From the IMG/VR virus record IMGVR_UViG_3300012953_000023: a DNA stretch of 64,000 nucleotides, one strand, 5' to 3'. Position 1 is the first letter of the stretch, and every line of letters begins with the position of its first letter. The notes under the pieces were generated by a model. That model saw nothing but the letters and a program-made list of their open reading frames with translations. It made no database searches and was not told where the DNA came from. Both the position numbers and the translations under genes were made by a program. This stretch comes from an uncultured virus (IMG/VR IMGVR_UViG_3300012953_000023). Taxonomy: Duplodnaviria > Heunggongvirae > Uroviricota > Caudoviricetes. Of this stretch, positions 1-8,897 are shown piece after piece.

Positions 1-104
1 ACAGCTCTTAGTTGTTTTTGTTTGATTTTGATTAATGAGATAACCTCGTTCATTTCAGAATTAGTTGAGATTCCATTGATTGCTTTGATTAAAGACTTTT
101 TCAT
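1..104 (-). CDS. Partial (runs off window start) paralog of the 369..641 protein
   Basis: ATG at 104 after GGAG SD; MKKSLIKAINGISTNSEMNEVISLIKIKQKQLRA nearly identical to the N-terminus of 369..641. Confidence 0.85.
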   Translation of the reverse strand, partial: MKKSLIKAINGISTNSEMNEVISLIKIKQKQLRA

Positions 105-135
105 AAATTCACTCCTTTTATTAATTTATATAGTT

Positions 136-164
136 ATTCTAACAGGTTTTTAGCAAAATGTACA
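136..164 (-). promoter_or_regulatory. Early-type promoter TGTACA-N17-TAGAAT
   Basis: Recurrent motif, 17-nt spacer, extended TG. Confidence 0.8.
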
Positions 165-177
165 GTGTTTTTTGCAA

Positions 178-369
178 TTAATTTGCAATTAATTCTTTAC
201 CCTCTGTAAGGCTACCAAATGGAGCCATCTTCAAAGATGTAACACCGCATCTATTGTCGAACTTCATCTTTTGTCTTTCTGCCACGTACTTGGCCAAAGA
301 TTTGGCCTTTTCGTCAGTAGGTGCATAGATGTAAAATTCCATCGTCATAACGTATCTTTCGTTATCCAT
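178..369 (-). CDS. Hypothetical early protein (likely start MDNERY at 369)
   Basis: ORF coupled to stop of upstream gene. Confidence 0.7.
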   Translation of the reverse strand: MDNERYVMTMEFYIYAPTDEKAKSLAKYVAERQKMKFDNRCGVTSLKMAPFGSLTEGKELIAN

Positions 370-641
370 TATGCCACCTGTAGGATTGTTAAAGGACAGT
401 TCCAAAGCCTTCCGTTAATTTCAACGACTGCTTTAGTTCTTTTAATTTTAGTAACAACACCCTTTTCAGATCCGTTCCTAGAATTAACAATTACATCAGA
501 TCCTACCGATATGCTTTGCTTAATATCGAATGCCTTAACTGCACGTAACTGCTTTTGTTTGATTTTAATTAGATCGATAACCTCGTTCATTTCTGCATTA
601 GTTGAGATTCCGTTGATTGCTTTGATTAAAGACTTTTTCAT
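369..641 (-). CDS. Small hypothetical early protein, possible SH3/KOW-like C-terminus
   Basis: Promoter and SD AAGGAG upstream; duplicated gene. Confidence 0.8.
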   Translation of the reverse strand: MKKSLIKAINGISTNAEMNEVIDLIKIKQKQLRAVKAFDIKQSISVGSDVIVNSRNGSEKGVVTKIKRTKAVVEINGRLWNCPLTILQVA

Positions 642-672
642 AAATTCACTCCTTTTATTAATTTATATAGTT

Positions 673-701
673 ATTCTAACAGGTTTTTAGCAAAATGTAC
701 A
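673..701 (-). promoter_or_regulatory. Early-type promoter TGTACA-N17-TAGAAT
   Basis: Identical to 136-164. Confidence 0.8.
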
Positions 702-1139
702 GTGTTTATTTGCAGAAACATGCATGTTTTTCGTATTACCGTGACCATAACATGTATTATATAACTTCGTTTCTCTTAAATAAGCTGATTTTTCCCATGG
801 TTGGTGTTCATACGAACACTCCCAATAGTTACGGCCTTTATACATATATCCGTCTACTAGTTCTTTTCTTAGAAACTGCTTAGCATGTACCATTTCGTGG
901 GCTACAGCTATCATAATATCCTCAAATTCCCACCCAGTTTTGGCTATTTCTATTTCAACCACCTTATGATCACCTGAACAATATCCCATTGCGTCGCCGT
1001 CTACACGCCTCTTAAAGGTAAGGTATATGGTTTTACTACGGAGGTTGATGATACCAAGGGTTCTCTGAAGGTTGTAGAGGTACTGAGATAGGTCTTCGCG
1101 ATGTGCTTTTTTAATACCTTTTACTACGATATGTGCCAT
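687..1139 (-). CDS. Putative zinc metallopeptidase
   Basis: AHEMVHAKQ (HExxH) plus downstream PWE motif. Confidence 0.7.
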   Translation of the reverse strand: MAHIVVKGIKKAHREDLSQYLYNLQRTLGIINLRSKTIYLTFKRRVDGDAMGYCSGDHKVVEIEIAKTGWEFEDIMIAVAHEMVHAKQFLRKELVDGYMYKGRNYWECSYEHQPWEKSAYLRETKLYNTCYGHGNTKNMHVSANKHCTFC

Positions 1140-1171
1140 ATATTTAACCCTTTTTCCATTTTGATATGACC

Positions 1172-1200
1172 ATTCTAACAGGTTTTTAGGTAAATGTACA
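1172..1200 (-). promoter_or_regulatory. Early-type promoter TGTACA-N17-TAGAAT
   Basis: Recurrent motif. Confidence 0.8.
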
Positions 1201-1213
1201 GTGTTTCTTTATA

Positions 1214-1292
1214 CTTTTTAGTTATATCCTTATAACTCGTCGAAATAAGGGTTTTCCTTATTCTTTTTGGTTATATCCTTATAACTCGTCGA
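1214..1292. repeat. 30-bp direct repeat (1214-1243 / 1263-1292) flanking a hairpin
   Basis: CTTTTT(A/G)GTTATATCCTTATAACTCGTCGA twice; AATAAGG-GTTTT-CCTTATT between. Confidence 0.85.
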
Positions 1293-1854
1293 TATTATGA
1301 AGGACATTTAGGTTATTTACTACCGCTAGGGTTACTATACCATTTGCTATGGTCATTTCTTCTTCAGTAAAGGATGTAAATATTACATTACCCCATGCGA
1401 CCTTAAAAAATACCAATTCGGTTAAATTAGGACTATCTGGCAATAATGGATTAGCCTCCTTTGCCTTTCCAGATTTTACTCCTCTATAAGTAGTCCATAT
1501 ATCAAGTGCATTAATAATATAAAAATATGTTTTTTGATTATCAGTTGGATTAGGGTTAGATAGTAAAAATTGTAACTCGCTCAGATTTACCTTTGACTTG
1601 TATTCTATCGACTTGAGTGAAGCTTCGTTCCGAACATGCTTCAGCAGTGAATTGTGATAACAACACTCGAACCCCATCATAATTGCGCGTTTGGCCTTCG
1701 AGTCGAGCACCCAGGTTGACGGCGTCTCCAATGACGGAATAGTCAAATCGAGATTCTGATCCCATGTTTCCGACGATGCAATCGCCGGTGTTGATACCAA
1801 TACCAACATCAATACGAGGTAACCCTTTTTCTTCAAGTTCTTTAATAAGTTCAT
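1279..1854 (-). CDS. Secreted/membrane protein (DUF5658-like D..TT....G..E.NP motif) overlapping the cyclase 3' end
   Basis: Signal-peptide-like N-terminus; LDIWTT..G..EANP motif; fills otherwise empty 1279-1555. Confidence 0.65.
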   Translation of the reverse strand: MNLLKNLKKKGYLVLMLVLVSTPAIASSETWDQNLDLTIPSLETPSTWVLDSKAKRAIMMGFECCYHNSLLKHVRNEASLKSIEYKSKVNLSELQFLLSNPNPTDNQKTYFYIINALDIWTTYRGVKSGKAKEANPLLPDSPNLTELVFFKVAWGNVIFTSFTEEEMTIANGIVTLAVVNNLNVLHNIDEL

Positions 1855-3388
1855 CTGCTGTCTCTATTATTTCTTCTGCTGCATTTATTGACATGTCAGC
1901 ATGGTTATTACAAGGAAGTGGTGCATTCCAAAAAGCCATTATACAATCGCCCATATATTTGTCTATTGTACCACCGTGTTTTAGTATGACTTTTGTCATT
2001 CGATCTAAATAATTATTTATAATTAAAACCAATCCCTCTGGGTCATTGTTGTTTTTATAATGTTCTGATATTGGAGTAAAGCCTACAATGTCCATAAAGA
2101 GAAATGTCATTTCTTCTCTTTTACCACCAAGCTTTAAAAGCCCTGGATTTTTTTGTAGTAACATTACTTGTCTTGGATCTAAATAAGTCTCAAATTGTTT
2201 CTTAATTTGTTGTCTTAGCATAAACTGTTTATAGAAATTATTAAAGCCCGCTGAGGTGAAGGATATTATATATAATATTAGTTGAAACGAAAGATCGAGG
2301 AGTATACCCCATTCGTACCAGAAGAAATATACAGAAGTTGCAGCAATTGCAACGTTCGAGAAGAAGACAACAAGCGATGCCCAAATCGGTAGATAATATA
2401 CCGTCAGAACCAGTATTAAAGATAAAATCAAACCAGCTAATATCTCCATTGAATCAGCCCATTGCGGACGAGATATAGAAGATCCATCCATTATAGTTTG
2501 TATTACAGAAGCCTGTAACTGATGAGGGTATACTAATCCCATCGGTGTTGATGTTTGTGGAACTATACCAGAAGCTGTAACTCCTACAATAACTGTTTTA
2601 CCATTCAAATTCGGTAATGCATCTACTCCATACACATAACTATCAAACGTAAAATTTGTATTAATCCATATAGATCCATTAGTATCAGTTTTTACTGGTT
2701 CATATGGTGGAATCATTACATCTAATATCCCAAAATCTTCGACATGCATCGTATATGATTTTTTATCTTGGAGTACTCTGATAGTTTCTAATGCAAATGA
2801 TGGATATAATTTATCGTTTACTTGTGATATTAAAGGTATTCTTCTTGTAACATTATCAACTTCTTGAGCTCCATTGATTAATCCTACACCCCAAGCTTCT
2901 GATTCTAACATTGGTATATTAGTTACTAATCCATCGTATTCATATGCATAATTGTATGGATCGCCTATACCTTTTATTGCTGTTCCTACATATGGTGCTT
3001 GATTACTTCTTCCTGCTGAGCTTGCATCCTGTGATAATATGATTCCATTATCTCTAATCCATGATGCAAATATTTCATCACCACCAAATCTATCTGGTTC
3101 TGGAAACATTATAGTAAATCCAATCATACCTGCATTTGCATTACGCAAATCAGATATCATCTGTGCATATGTTTGTCTTGGGAATGGATATTGTCCTAAT
3201 GCTTCTAGGCTATCTTCGCCTATATCAATTAATACAATTTGGTCTGAATGTTTATCAGGTAATGATTGGATATATTGATCAAAGGTATTTAATCTAGTTT
3301 CTTCTAATAACTGAGGATCTTGTACTCTTAAACCAATCAATAAAACAATTATTAATAATGTTGTCCATATTGAAGTAATGTATTTCAT
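1556..3388 (-). CDS. CHASE2-domain class III adenylate cyclase
   Basis: N-terminal TM, CHASE2 motifs (LIDIGE..LGQYPFPR), 3 TMs, catalytic FMDIVGFT, DKYMGD, GDAVNLGARLE. Confidence 0.92.
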   Translation of the reverse strand: MKYITSIWTTLLIIVLLIGLRVQDPQLLEETRLNTFDQYIQSLPDKHSDQIVLIDIGEDSLEALGQYPFPRQTYAQMISDLRNANAGMIGFTIMFPEPDRFGGDEIFASWIRDNGIILSQDASSAGRSNQAPYVGTAIKGIGDPYNYAYEYDGLVTNIPMLESEAWGVGLINGAQEVDNVTRRIPLISQVNDKLYPSFALETIRVLQDKKSYTMHVEDFGILDVMIPPYEPVKTDTNGSIWINTNFTFDSYVYGVDALPNLNGKTVIVGVTASGIVPQTSTPMGLVYPHQLQASVIQTIMDGSSISRPQWADSMEILAGLILSLILVLTVYYLPIWASLVVFFSNVAIAATSVYFFWYEWGILLDLSFQLILYIISFTSAGFNNFYKQFMLRQQIKKQFETYLDPRQVMLLQKNPGLLKLGGKREEMTFLFMDIVGFTPISEHYKNNNDPEGLVLIINNYLDRMTKVILKHGGTIDKYMGDCIMAFWNAPLPCNNHADMSINAAEEIIETADELIKELEEKGLPRIDVGIGINTGDCIVGNMGSESRFDYSVIGDAVNLGARLEGQTRNYDGVRVLLSQFTAEACSERSFTQVDRIQVKGKSERVTIFTI

Positions 3389-3460
3389 GCGTATATATCT
3401 ATTAATAATCCTTTTTTCTGATTGGGATAGCCGTATTTTCTTCTTATATAATATTTTAAA

Positions 3461-3721
3461 TTAGTTAAATTTTTTCTGAAGCCATTTGAATATTGCATAT
3501 ATTGTGAGCCCGTAAAACGCTAAAACACTCATAGGTAAAGCTATGTAAGCTAATTCCCATGGTGAAAGAAATAAAATTTCCCATGTAAAGTTTATTGCCG
3601 CTTCCGCATCACTTGTAGAAGTTGGTGTACCAACCTCATTTACAATATCGAGTTCATATTCAGTTAAAAAGTTTGTCCACTCTTCTTCAGTAAAACATAT
3701 AAGATCTTTTGGACATTCCAT
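3461..3721 (-). CDS. Small membrane protein
   Basis: C-terminal hydrophobic helix; 1 nt from upstream stop. Confidence 0.7.
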   Translation of the reverse strand: MECPKDLICFTEEEWTNFLTEYELDIVNEVGTPTSTSDAEAAINFTWEILFLSPWELAYIALPMSVLAFYGLTIYAIFKWLQKKFN

Positions 3722-3722
3722 A

Positions 3723-4436
3723 TTAATTACCCTGTGTTACACTGATAGAACAACCACCAACCGTTACACAATTTTGTGTAATAGAATATGATTGATCAGT
3801 TTGTCCTTGTTGTATTAAATTTAAAGTTGTTGGTTGTGAGCCATGTAAAGCTATATTAGCAGTATGTTCACCACCGTTTGTTTTTTGCAAAACATCTATA
3901 GTATTACCATCTGATGTTGTGTATAAGTTTAATTCTTTACGGCCATTATTTTTTTGTCTAACCCATATGTCATTATTATCACTAAAAATAAGAGATGTAA
4001 AAATATGTCCAGTAGTATCACCAGCATTCTGCTGATATCCTCTAAAATTATTGCCACCGCCATGTACATCTATTCTTGCATAATGACCACCGCCTTCAGT
4101 ACCATCATATACCCATGTTGTAGAATTCTTATTATTAAGTGAAACACCTTGACCCCATCGTATAGTATTATTACCATCTTCTATGTGCCAAATTTCTAAG
4201 ACATTCTCTGCAGTAGATGTATTTACTTGTTTAAAATCTATAGTAACACTATCCTTTATATAGCACCAATTGTCTTGATAGCATTGAATAGTATTATTAG
4301 CTCCTACTTGTTCTATAGTAAGATTTAAAGCGTCAGATTCTACGTTTTTTAATTCTATTAAATTATCCGCCCTGACGAATGATGATAATAACAGACTGGC
4401 CATCACCAACAATAATGTTATTTTTTCTACCTTCAT
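3723..4436 (-). CDS. Secreted curlin-like beta-repeat protein
   Basis: Signal peptide; Q-x-G-x-x-N type repeats; G/N/Q rich; next to csgG. Confidence 0.65.
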   Translation of the reverse strand: MKVEKITLLLVMASLLLSSFVRADNLIELKNVESDALNLTIEQVGANNTIQCYQDNWCYIKDSVTIDFKQVNTSTAENVLEIWHIEDGNNTIRWGQGVSLNNKNSTTWVYDGTEGGGHYARIDVHGGGNNFRGYQQNAGDTTGHIFTSLIFSDNNDIWVRQKNNGRKELNLYTTSDGNTIDVLQKTNGGEHTANIALHGSQPTTLNLIQQGQTDQSYSITQNCVTVGGCSISVTQGN

Positions 4437-5526
4437 TTTCTGTATCCAAAGTTAAATTGGTTCCTATAGGTATTTTAACCGAAACTACTCCGTTTACTTC
4501 TCTATAGAACCATATTTGACCTGCACCTTGGTCAATTATAGTATTATATTGAGTATCTTTATCGAACCCTGGTGCTATGGTTCCTTGTATATCGCCTGAT
4601 GCACTATCTAGTGCTGACTTACGATTAAAAATACTTACCTTTTCCAATGCCACCAATATGTCTTGTAAAAAGTCGACATCAAGTAAATCCATATCGAGTT
4701 CATTAAACTCTAGATTATCCTCAGCTAAAAAATCATCAGCTAAGTAGTCTGTATCGAGATCAGTGAAATCGAGAATATTGTTATCAGCACTCCCAGTTCC
4801 ATCACTTCTTTCATCTTGTCTTTCTTCAATTTCATTTGGTGGACTCACGATAAACATATTGTCTATCATATTTAAGTTAATATTACTTAATACAACTGGG
4901 TTACTTGGAATAGTGTTAAAACTTGAAACCATCGTTGCTTGATAAGCTTCAGTTAGTGTTACAACACCTCCTTCGTTGGTAACCGTTATTTCACCACTTG
5001 GAGAACAGTCGCCATCAATTGTACATTCAGTTTCAGGTAGAAGTATAACCAAGCTTCTTCCCAATTCATCAACCGAGGTTGTGAAATCTGTGCCTCTTAC
5101 TGCTATAGTTGCAGTCGGAGTTTCTATCTTTATATTTTCTTTAGGTACTAAACCTAATCTTCCTGTAGAAAATCGTGCTGTACCAGCCACGAATTTCATA
5201 GTCATATTCGCATCAGCTTTTTTATTAGGATCGTAATAGTATTCAGTAAGCGTTACTTCAGTATGTTCAGTTAAACGAACAACTGAATCATCTAAAAACT
5301 TTAGTAGCATACGGCCTTTAGCCGTTTCTACATGATCCATTTGCTGTATAGGCAAACCAAGTTCAGTGGTAATACTTTCGCCTGAGCGTGTTATACCACC
5401 ACTGCCCTTATGTTCTTCTATGCCGCCTATATCATCCGCGAAAGAAAGTGTACTAACTAATAAACTAGTCAGTAGTATCTTTTTGGACAATATTAACCAC
5501 AGCGTTTTCGCTATCGAATTCTGCAT
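4363..5526 (-). CDS. FecR-domain periplasmic protein (start uncertain)
   Basis: F.DDSVVRL and TPTATIAVRGTDF FecR signature; signal peptide; acidic linker. Confidence 0.85.
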   Translation of the reverse strand: MQNSIAKTLWLILSKKILLTSLLVSTLSFADDIGGIEEHKGSGGITRSGESITTELGLPIQQMDHVETAKGRMLLKFLDDSVVRLTEHTEVTLTEYYYDPNKKADANMTMKFVAGTARFSTGRLGLVPKENIKIETPTATIAVRGTDFTTSVDELGRSLVILLPETECTIDGDCSPSGEITVTNEGGVVTLTEAYQATMVSSFNTIPSNPVVLSNINLNMIDNMFIVSPPNEIEERQDERSDGTGSADNNILDFTDLDTDYLADDFLAEDNLEFNELDMDLLDVDFLQDILVALEKVSIFNRKSALDSASGDIQGTIAPGFDKDTQYNTIIDQGAGQIWFYREVNGVVSVKIPIGTNLTLDTENEGRKNNIIVGDGQSVIIIIRQGG

Positions 5527-6193
5527 TAATTACTCCATAACAGCTTGTTATGCCTGTTGGGCATGTACCAGATGTCTGAGTGATATCAATATCACCACTA
5601 CTTCCAATCCACTCCATAGTTAGAGATTGATCAGAACCATCTGATTGTGCTGTCATAAAATTATTTGAAGATCCAACAACATCAACGTTCCATGTAACGT
5701 CATCAGCATCAATATTGATATCCCAGACGTTTGAACTACCAGTAATATCTAGATCTAAATCTAATCTTTCAGATGAAGCATTGTAGCCCCAATCTATATC
5801 GAAAGTATTACTATTTCCAGTAATGTCTACATCAACGACTGAAGCATCAGCACTTCCGCCATATCCTACGTTCCAATCCCAGATATTACTATTACCTGTT
5901 AACTTTAAGTCAACGTCAGTATTATCAAATAAAGTTGGTCCGAAGATTTGGTTTAAGTTACCAATCATATCAATGTCCATAGTCACAGTGTTACCAGTTA
6001 AGACCCAATCAGTAGCACAATCGCCACTAGAGATAGATCCACATAACTTATTACCATAACCTACTTGGTCAATAGTTAAGTTTAGTGTATCTCCACTCTG
6101 GTCGAGTAAGATCTTGTTGTCGTTAGCGCCGGCAAAAGCAACTATAGGGCATAACAAAATTGCAAATGCGATATATCTATTTAACATTTTCAT
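5465..6193 (-). CDS. Secreted curlin-like beta-solenoid protein
   Basis: Signal peptide; repeated D.DI.G.SN units; DQ.G..N; directly after csgG. Confidence 0.7.
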   Translation of the reverse strand: MKMLNRYIAFAILLCPIVAFAGANDNKILLDQSGDTLNLTIDQVGYGNKLCGSISSGDCATDWVLTGNTVTMDIDMIGNLNQIFGPTLFDNTDVDLKLTGNSNIWDWNVGYGGSADASVVDVDITGNSNTFDIDWGYNASSERLDLDLDITGSSNVWDINIDADDVTWNVDVVGSSNNFMTAQSDGSDQSLTMEWIGSSGDIDITQTSGTCPTGITSCYGVINAEFDSENAVVNIVQKDTTD

Positions 6194-7087
6194 TTAGTTT
6201 TCCTCGTTTAAAGCGTGTTTATCGTTGCTCCCATCATCCTGATGAGGGTGGCGATGTCCTGCTTTTATTTCCCAAAAGTCTCTGTCATGACCTTGGTATA
6301 TTAGTTCCAACACAGCTGCTTCGATCGTTGATCTAAGCGAGCGTGTCACTGATTCATTTTCAGTTATCCCATCTTCTATTTCTACAAGCTGGGTACTCAT
6401 ATCGACGAATTTAAAAACATCATATCCATTAGCGACAGCCAAAATGGTTTTTGATGTTTGCACATTTAATAAAACTTCACCGGTCAATGTGCTAACCGCT
6501 CTTAAATGTACAGTTACTATATCTCTTCTGTAGGCTCGCGAAGTTCCTACTCCAAGATATCGTGCTCCTGCACCTCCAGTCTCGATGTTGGTGTCAAAAC
6601 CAATGACTCCTCCCTCGAGAATGATTCCAGCAAAAAGTAAAGGAGCTAATCCCGTTTCATCCTCTTTGCCATATTGTTCTCTAGTTGTTCTAACTATTTG
6701 TCGTTCTCTAGTTAAATGATCTAACCCTACTCTTTCAACAACTCTAAACCAACTTCCACCGCCTGCAGTTTTTAAAGCATCTATTAACATTGTAGATGCT
6801 CCTTGTGAAACGGCTGTTGAAAATAAAGCTGAATCTCCTTTTTGTTTTCTTTGTCCTGTTAAATCTGGAAAGTTATACACAGCTACTACAGGTTGTTTTT
6901 CTGGTGCTGGTAATTCTAATAATTCTTTATGTGTTGGTAAATGAACTACTATTGGGCTTTCTCTGCATTCACCATAATATTCCATTAAGCTGTTTTGACA
7001 ACTATCAGTCATACTAGGCATTCCAGCACAACTTGTTAGTACTATTATTGATAATAGTGATATTGCTTTTTTAGCCTGTTCCAGCAC
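6194..7087 (-). CDS. csgG: Curli secretion pore lipoprotein CsgG
   Basis: Lipobox LTSC; VAVYNFPDLTGQRK, STAVSQG, WFRVVERVGLDHLTRERQI, LEGGVIGFDTN. Confidence 0.92.
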   Translation of the reverse strand: MLEQAKKAISLLSIIVLTSCAGMPSMTDSCQNSLMEYYGECRESPIVVHLPTHKELLELPAPEKQPVVAVYNFPDLTGQRKQKGDSALFSTAVSQGASTMLIDALKTAGGGSWFRVVERVGLDHLTRERQIVRTTREQYGKEDETGLAPLLFAGIILEGGVIGFDTNIETGGAGARYLGVGTSRAYRRDIVTVHLRAVSTLTGEVLLNVQTSKTILAVANGYDVFKFVDMSTQLVEIEDGITENESVTRSLRSTIEAAVLELIYQGHDRDFWEIKAGHRHPHQDDGSNDKHALNEEN

Positions 7088-7625
7088 TTCCAGCTCCTAT
7101 AGGAATAACTATTGTAGTTTCAGATCCATCTTCTGCGGTAATTGTCATAATTATAACTTCTTCATCTTGTACACATGCGTATATTGATGCATCACAGGTT
7201 GTTCTTTGATAAGTAATAGTATTACCTTCTAATACGAAACTACCGAAGCTTGATTGTTGACAAGCTGGGTCAGTAACATCACATGAAGAAAATAAACTTT
7301 CTACTAATTGTTTACTAAGCTGTGCATATATTCTACTTTCTAAATTTCTCATAAATTTAGCTAGTGTTGTATTTTCAGCATCTCGCTCAGCTTGTAATAA
7401 AGCAGCTTCAATATCATCTGCAATTGCTTTTTTACGTGAAAATTCTTGGTTTTCTATAGTTAAATAGTGTGATGAAGTCCCTATACCACTAAACGAAGGA
7501 CTTTTAAATTTGTGTACTAATTCATCAGCGTATGCTGATGGTGTTGCTATTAATAATAGTGTAAAATAGAATATAAAATTAATTATTCCGCTTTTCATTT
7601 CTTTTTCCTCGCTTCTTCTTTGCAT
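7071..7625 (-). CDS. csgF: Curli assembly protein CsgF-like (start may be MKSGII)
   Basis: Signal peptide then ELVHKFKSPSFSG; F..NLESRIYAQLS; adjacent to csgG. Confidence 0.8.
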   Translation of the reverse strand: MQRRSEEKEMKSGIINFIFYFTLLLIATPSAYADELVHKFKSPSFSGIGTSSHYLTIENQEFSRKKAIADDIEAALLQAERDAENTTLAKFMRNLESRIYAQLSKQLVESLFSSCDVTDPACQQSSFGSFVLEGNTITYQRTTCDASIYACVQDEEVIIMTITAEDGSETTIVIPIGAGSAGTG

Positions 7626-7851
7626 TTTCTTTATATCTTAAGACTACGTTTACTTTTTGTTGTAATCTTATCATATCCTGATCTAACATCCTAGTTTGAT
7701 CTATAACTCTAATTAAAGCCATGTGCATTTTTTCTAGCTCAGGCTCAATTACAGTGTTTATAAAGTGCCAAATATACCAAATAAAATAACCCATTCCCAC
7801 AGCCATAACAGCTGGGAAACCGTAATCTGATACTAATTGACCTACATCCAT
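7579..7851 (-). CDS. Small membrane protein with coiled coil
   Basis: N-terminal TM (YGFPAVMAVGMGYFIWYIW). Confidence 0.75.
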   Translation of the reverse strand: MDVGQLVSDYGFPAVMAVGMGYFIWYIWHFINTVIEPELEKMHMALIRVIDQTRMLDQDMIRLQQKVNVVLRYKENAKKKRGKRNEKRNN

Positions 7852-8147
7852 TAATCTCTCCTAACATCAAGCTTTCCATCTTCAATGAAATTTTCTGCAC
7901 GAGCTATTCTATCAATATCTGGTGGTAAATCTAATGCACTAGATACTAATAAGTCAATTTTTATAATTTCGTTGCTCATTGTTCTCGCTCTATTCTCCAA
8001 GGATTGGCAAAACATCGTGAGTGTTTTTATTTGGTCTATTATACCAGCAAGGATTTGCTTTATAACAATAAATATAAAAACGCCCATGATGATTGACCCG
8101 GCTATAGGAGCGCCTACATCAGCAATCAACTTAAACACTTCATCCAT
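7851..8147 (-). CDS. Small membrane protein, similar in layout to 7579..7851
   Basis: N-terminal TM (VGAPIAGSIIMGVFIFIVI) plus coiled coil. Confidence 0.75.
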   Translation of the reverse strand: MDEVFKLIADVGAPIAGSIIMGVFIFIVIKQILAGIIDQIKTLTMFCQSLENRARTMSNEIIKIDLLVSSALDLPPDIDRIARAENFIEDGKLDVRRD

Positions 8148-8152
8148 ACGTT

Positions 8153-8160
8153 TATTTATA
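8153..8160 (-). promoter_or_regulatory. T4-type late promoter TATAAATA
   Basis: Exact consensus, intergenic, 5 nt before ATG. Confidence 0.75.
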
Positions 8161-8177
8161 ATAAAATTGATCTTAAA

Positions 8178-8495
8178 TCAGAAAGAAACAGAAATACCGC
8201 ATCCGCACGATGCCGTTTCTAAGGGGTTTGTTATTTTATAAAAAGAGTTTAATCCTTCAGTTACCCAATCTAATTGAGCTTCCTTAAGATATTCAAGGGA
8301 TTCATTATCTATTATTATTTGGAATTTGCCATAATCTAGGATATGGTCATCTTCTCTAATTTTTTCGCACCATTGTATAACATACTCATAACCATTACAA
8401 CCGCCACCAGTAACACCAATACGTATATCGGTGTTTCCCGATTCTTCGGTTTTTTTGAGTGTTTCAATTAATGCTGTGTCTGTTAAATCGAACAT
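8178..8495 (-). CDS. iscA: Fe-S cluster A-type carrier (IscA/ErpA family)
   Basis: RIGVTGGGCNG.EY and NP....CGCG.S motifs. Confidence 0.9.
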   Translation of the reverse strand: MFDLTDTALIETLKKTEESGNTDIRIGVTGGGCNGYEYVIQWCEKIREDDHILDYGKFQIIIDNESLEYLKEAQLDWVTEGLNSFYKITNPLETASCGCGISVSF

Positions 8496-8522
8496 TATAT
8501 TCTCCTAAGAGAACTGTCCTCA

Positions 8523-8777
8523 TTAATTAGTAAATGCTACACTTACTGCTAATGAAGAAGCTAGGCCTGTTAAAGTATCTTGGCCTCCTTTTTCAATATA
8601 TGCAACTTCTCCAGCTGCTAATGTCACAGTTGCTAGTGTTGTACCACCAGCATTTTTTTGTGTAATAACCTGAACACTTGTTTTATTATTAAGTACTCTT
8701 ACTAATTTAGCATTTCCAACGTTAGTTGCTGATGCTAAATTTACTTCTGAGCCTAATAGTTTAACTGTTGAAGCCAT
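8523..8777 (-). CDS. Hypothetical beta-rich protein
   Basis: ORF with SD GGAG. Confidence 0.7.
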   Translation of the reverse strand: MASTVKLLGSEVNLASATNVGNAKLVRVLNNKTSVQVITQKNAGGTTLATVTLAAGEVAYIEKGGQDTLTGLASSLAVSVAFTN

Positions 8778-8897
8778 ATTTTTCTCCCTTTTCCTTTTTT
8801 GTTAAAAACCAGTCTGAATATCTGAAAAAACCTTTTTTTTCATGACACCAAAACCAACCTCTATTATCACCTTGATCTTCATCAGTGTGATAATAAT

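Larger units (their letters stand above)
1..712. repeat. Direct repeat (about 1-170 vs 538-707, offset 537) covering promoter, leader and 5' coding region
   Basis: Near-identical sequence read directly. Confidence 0.9.
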
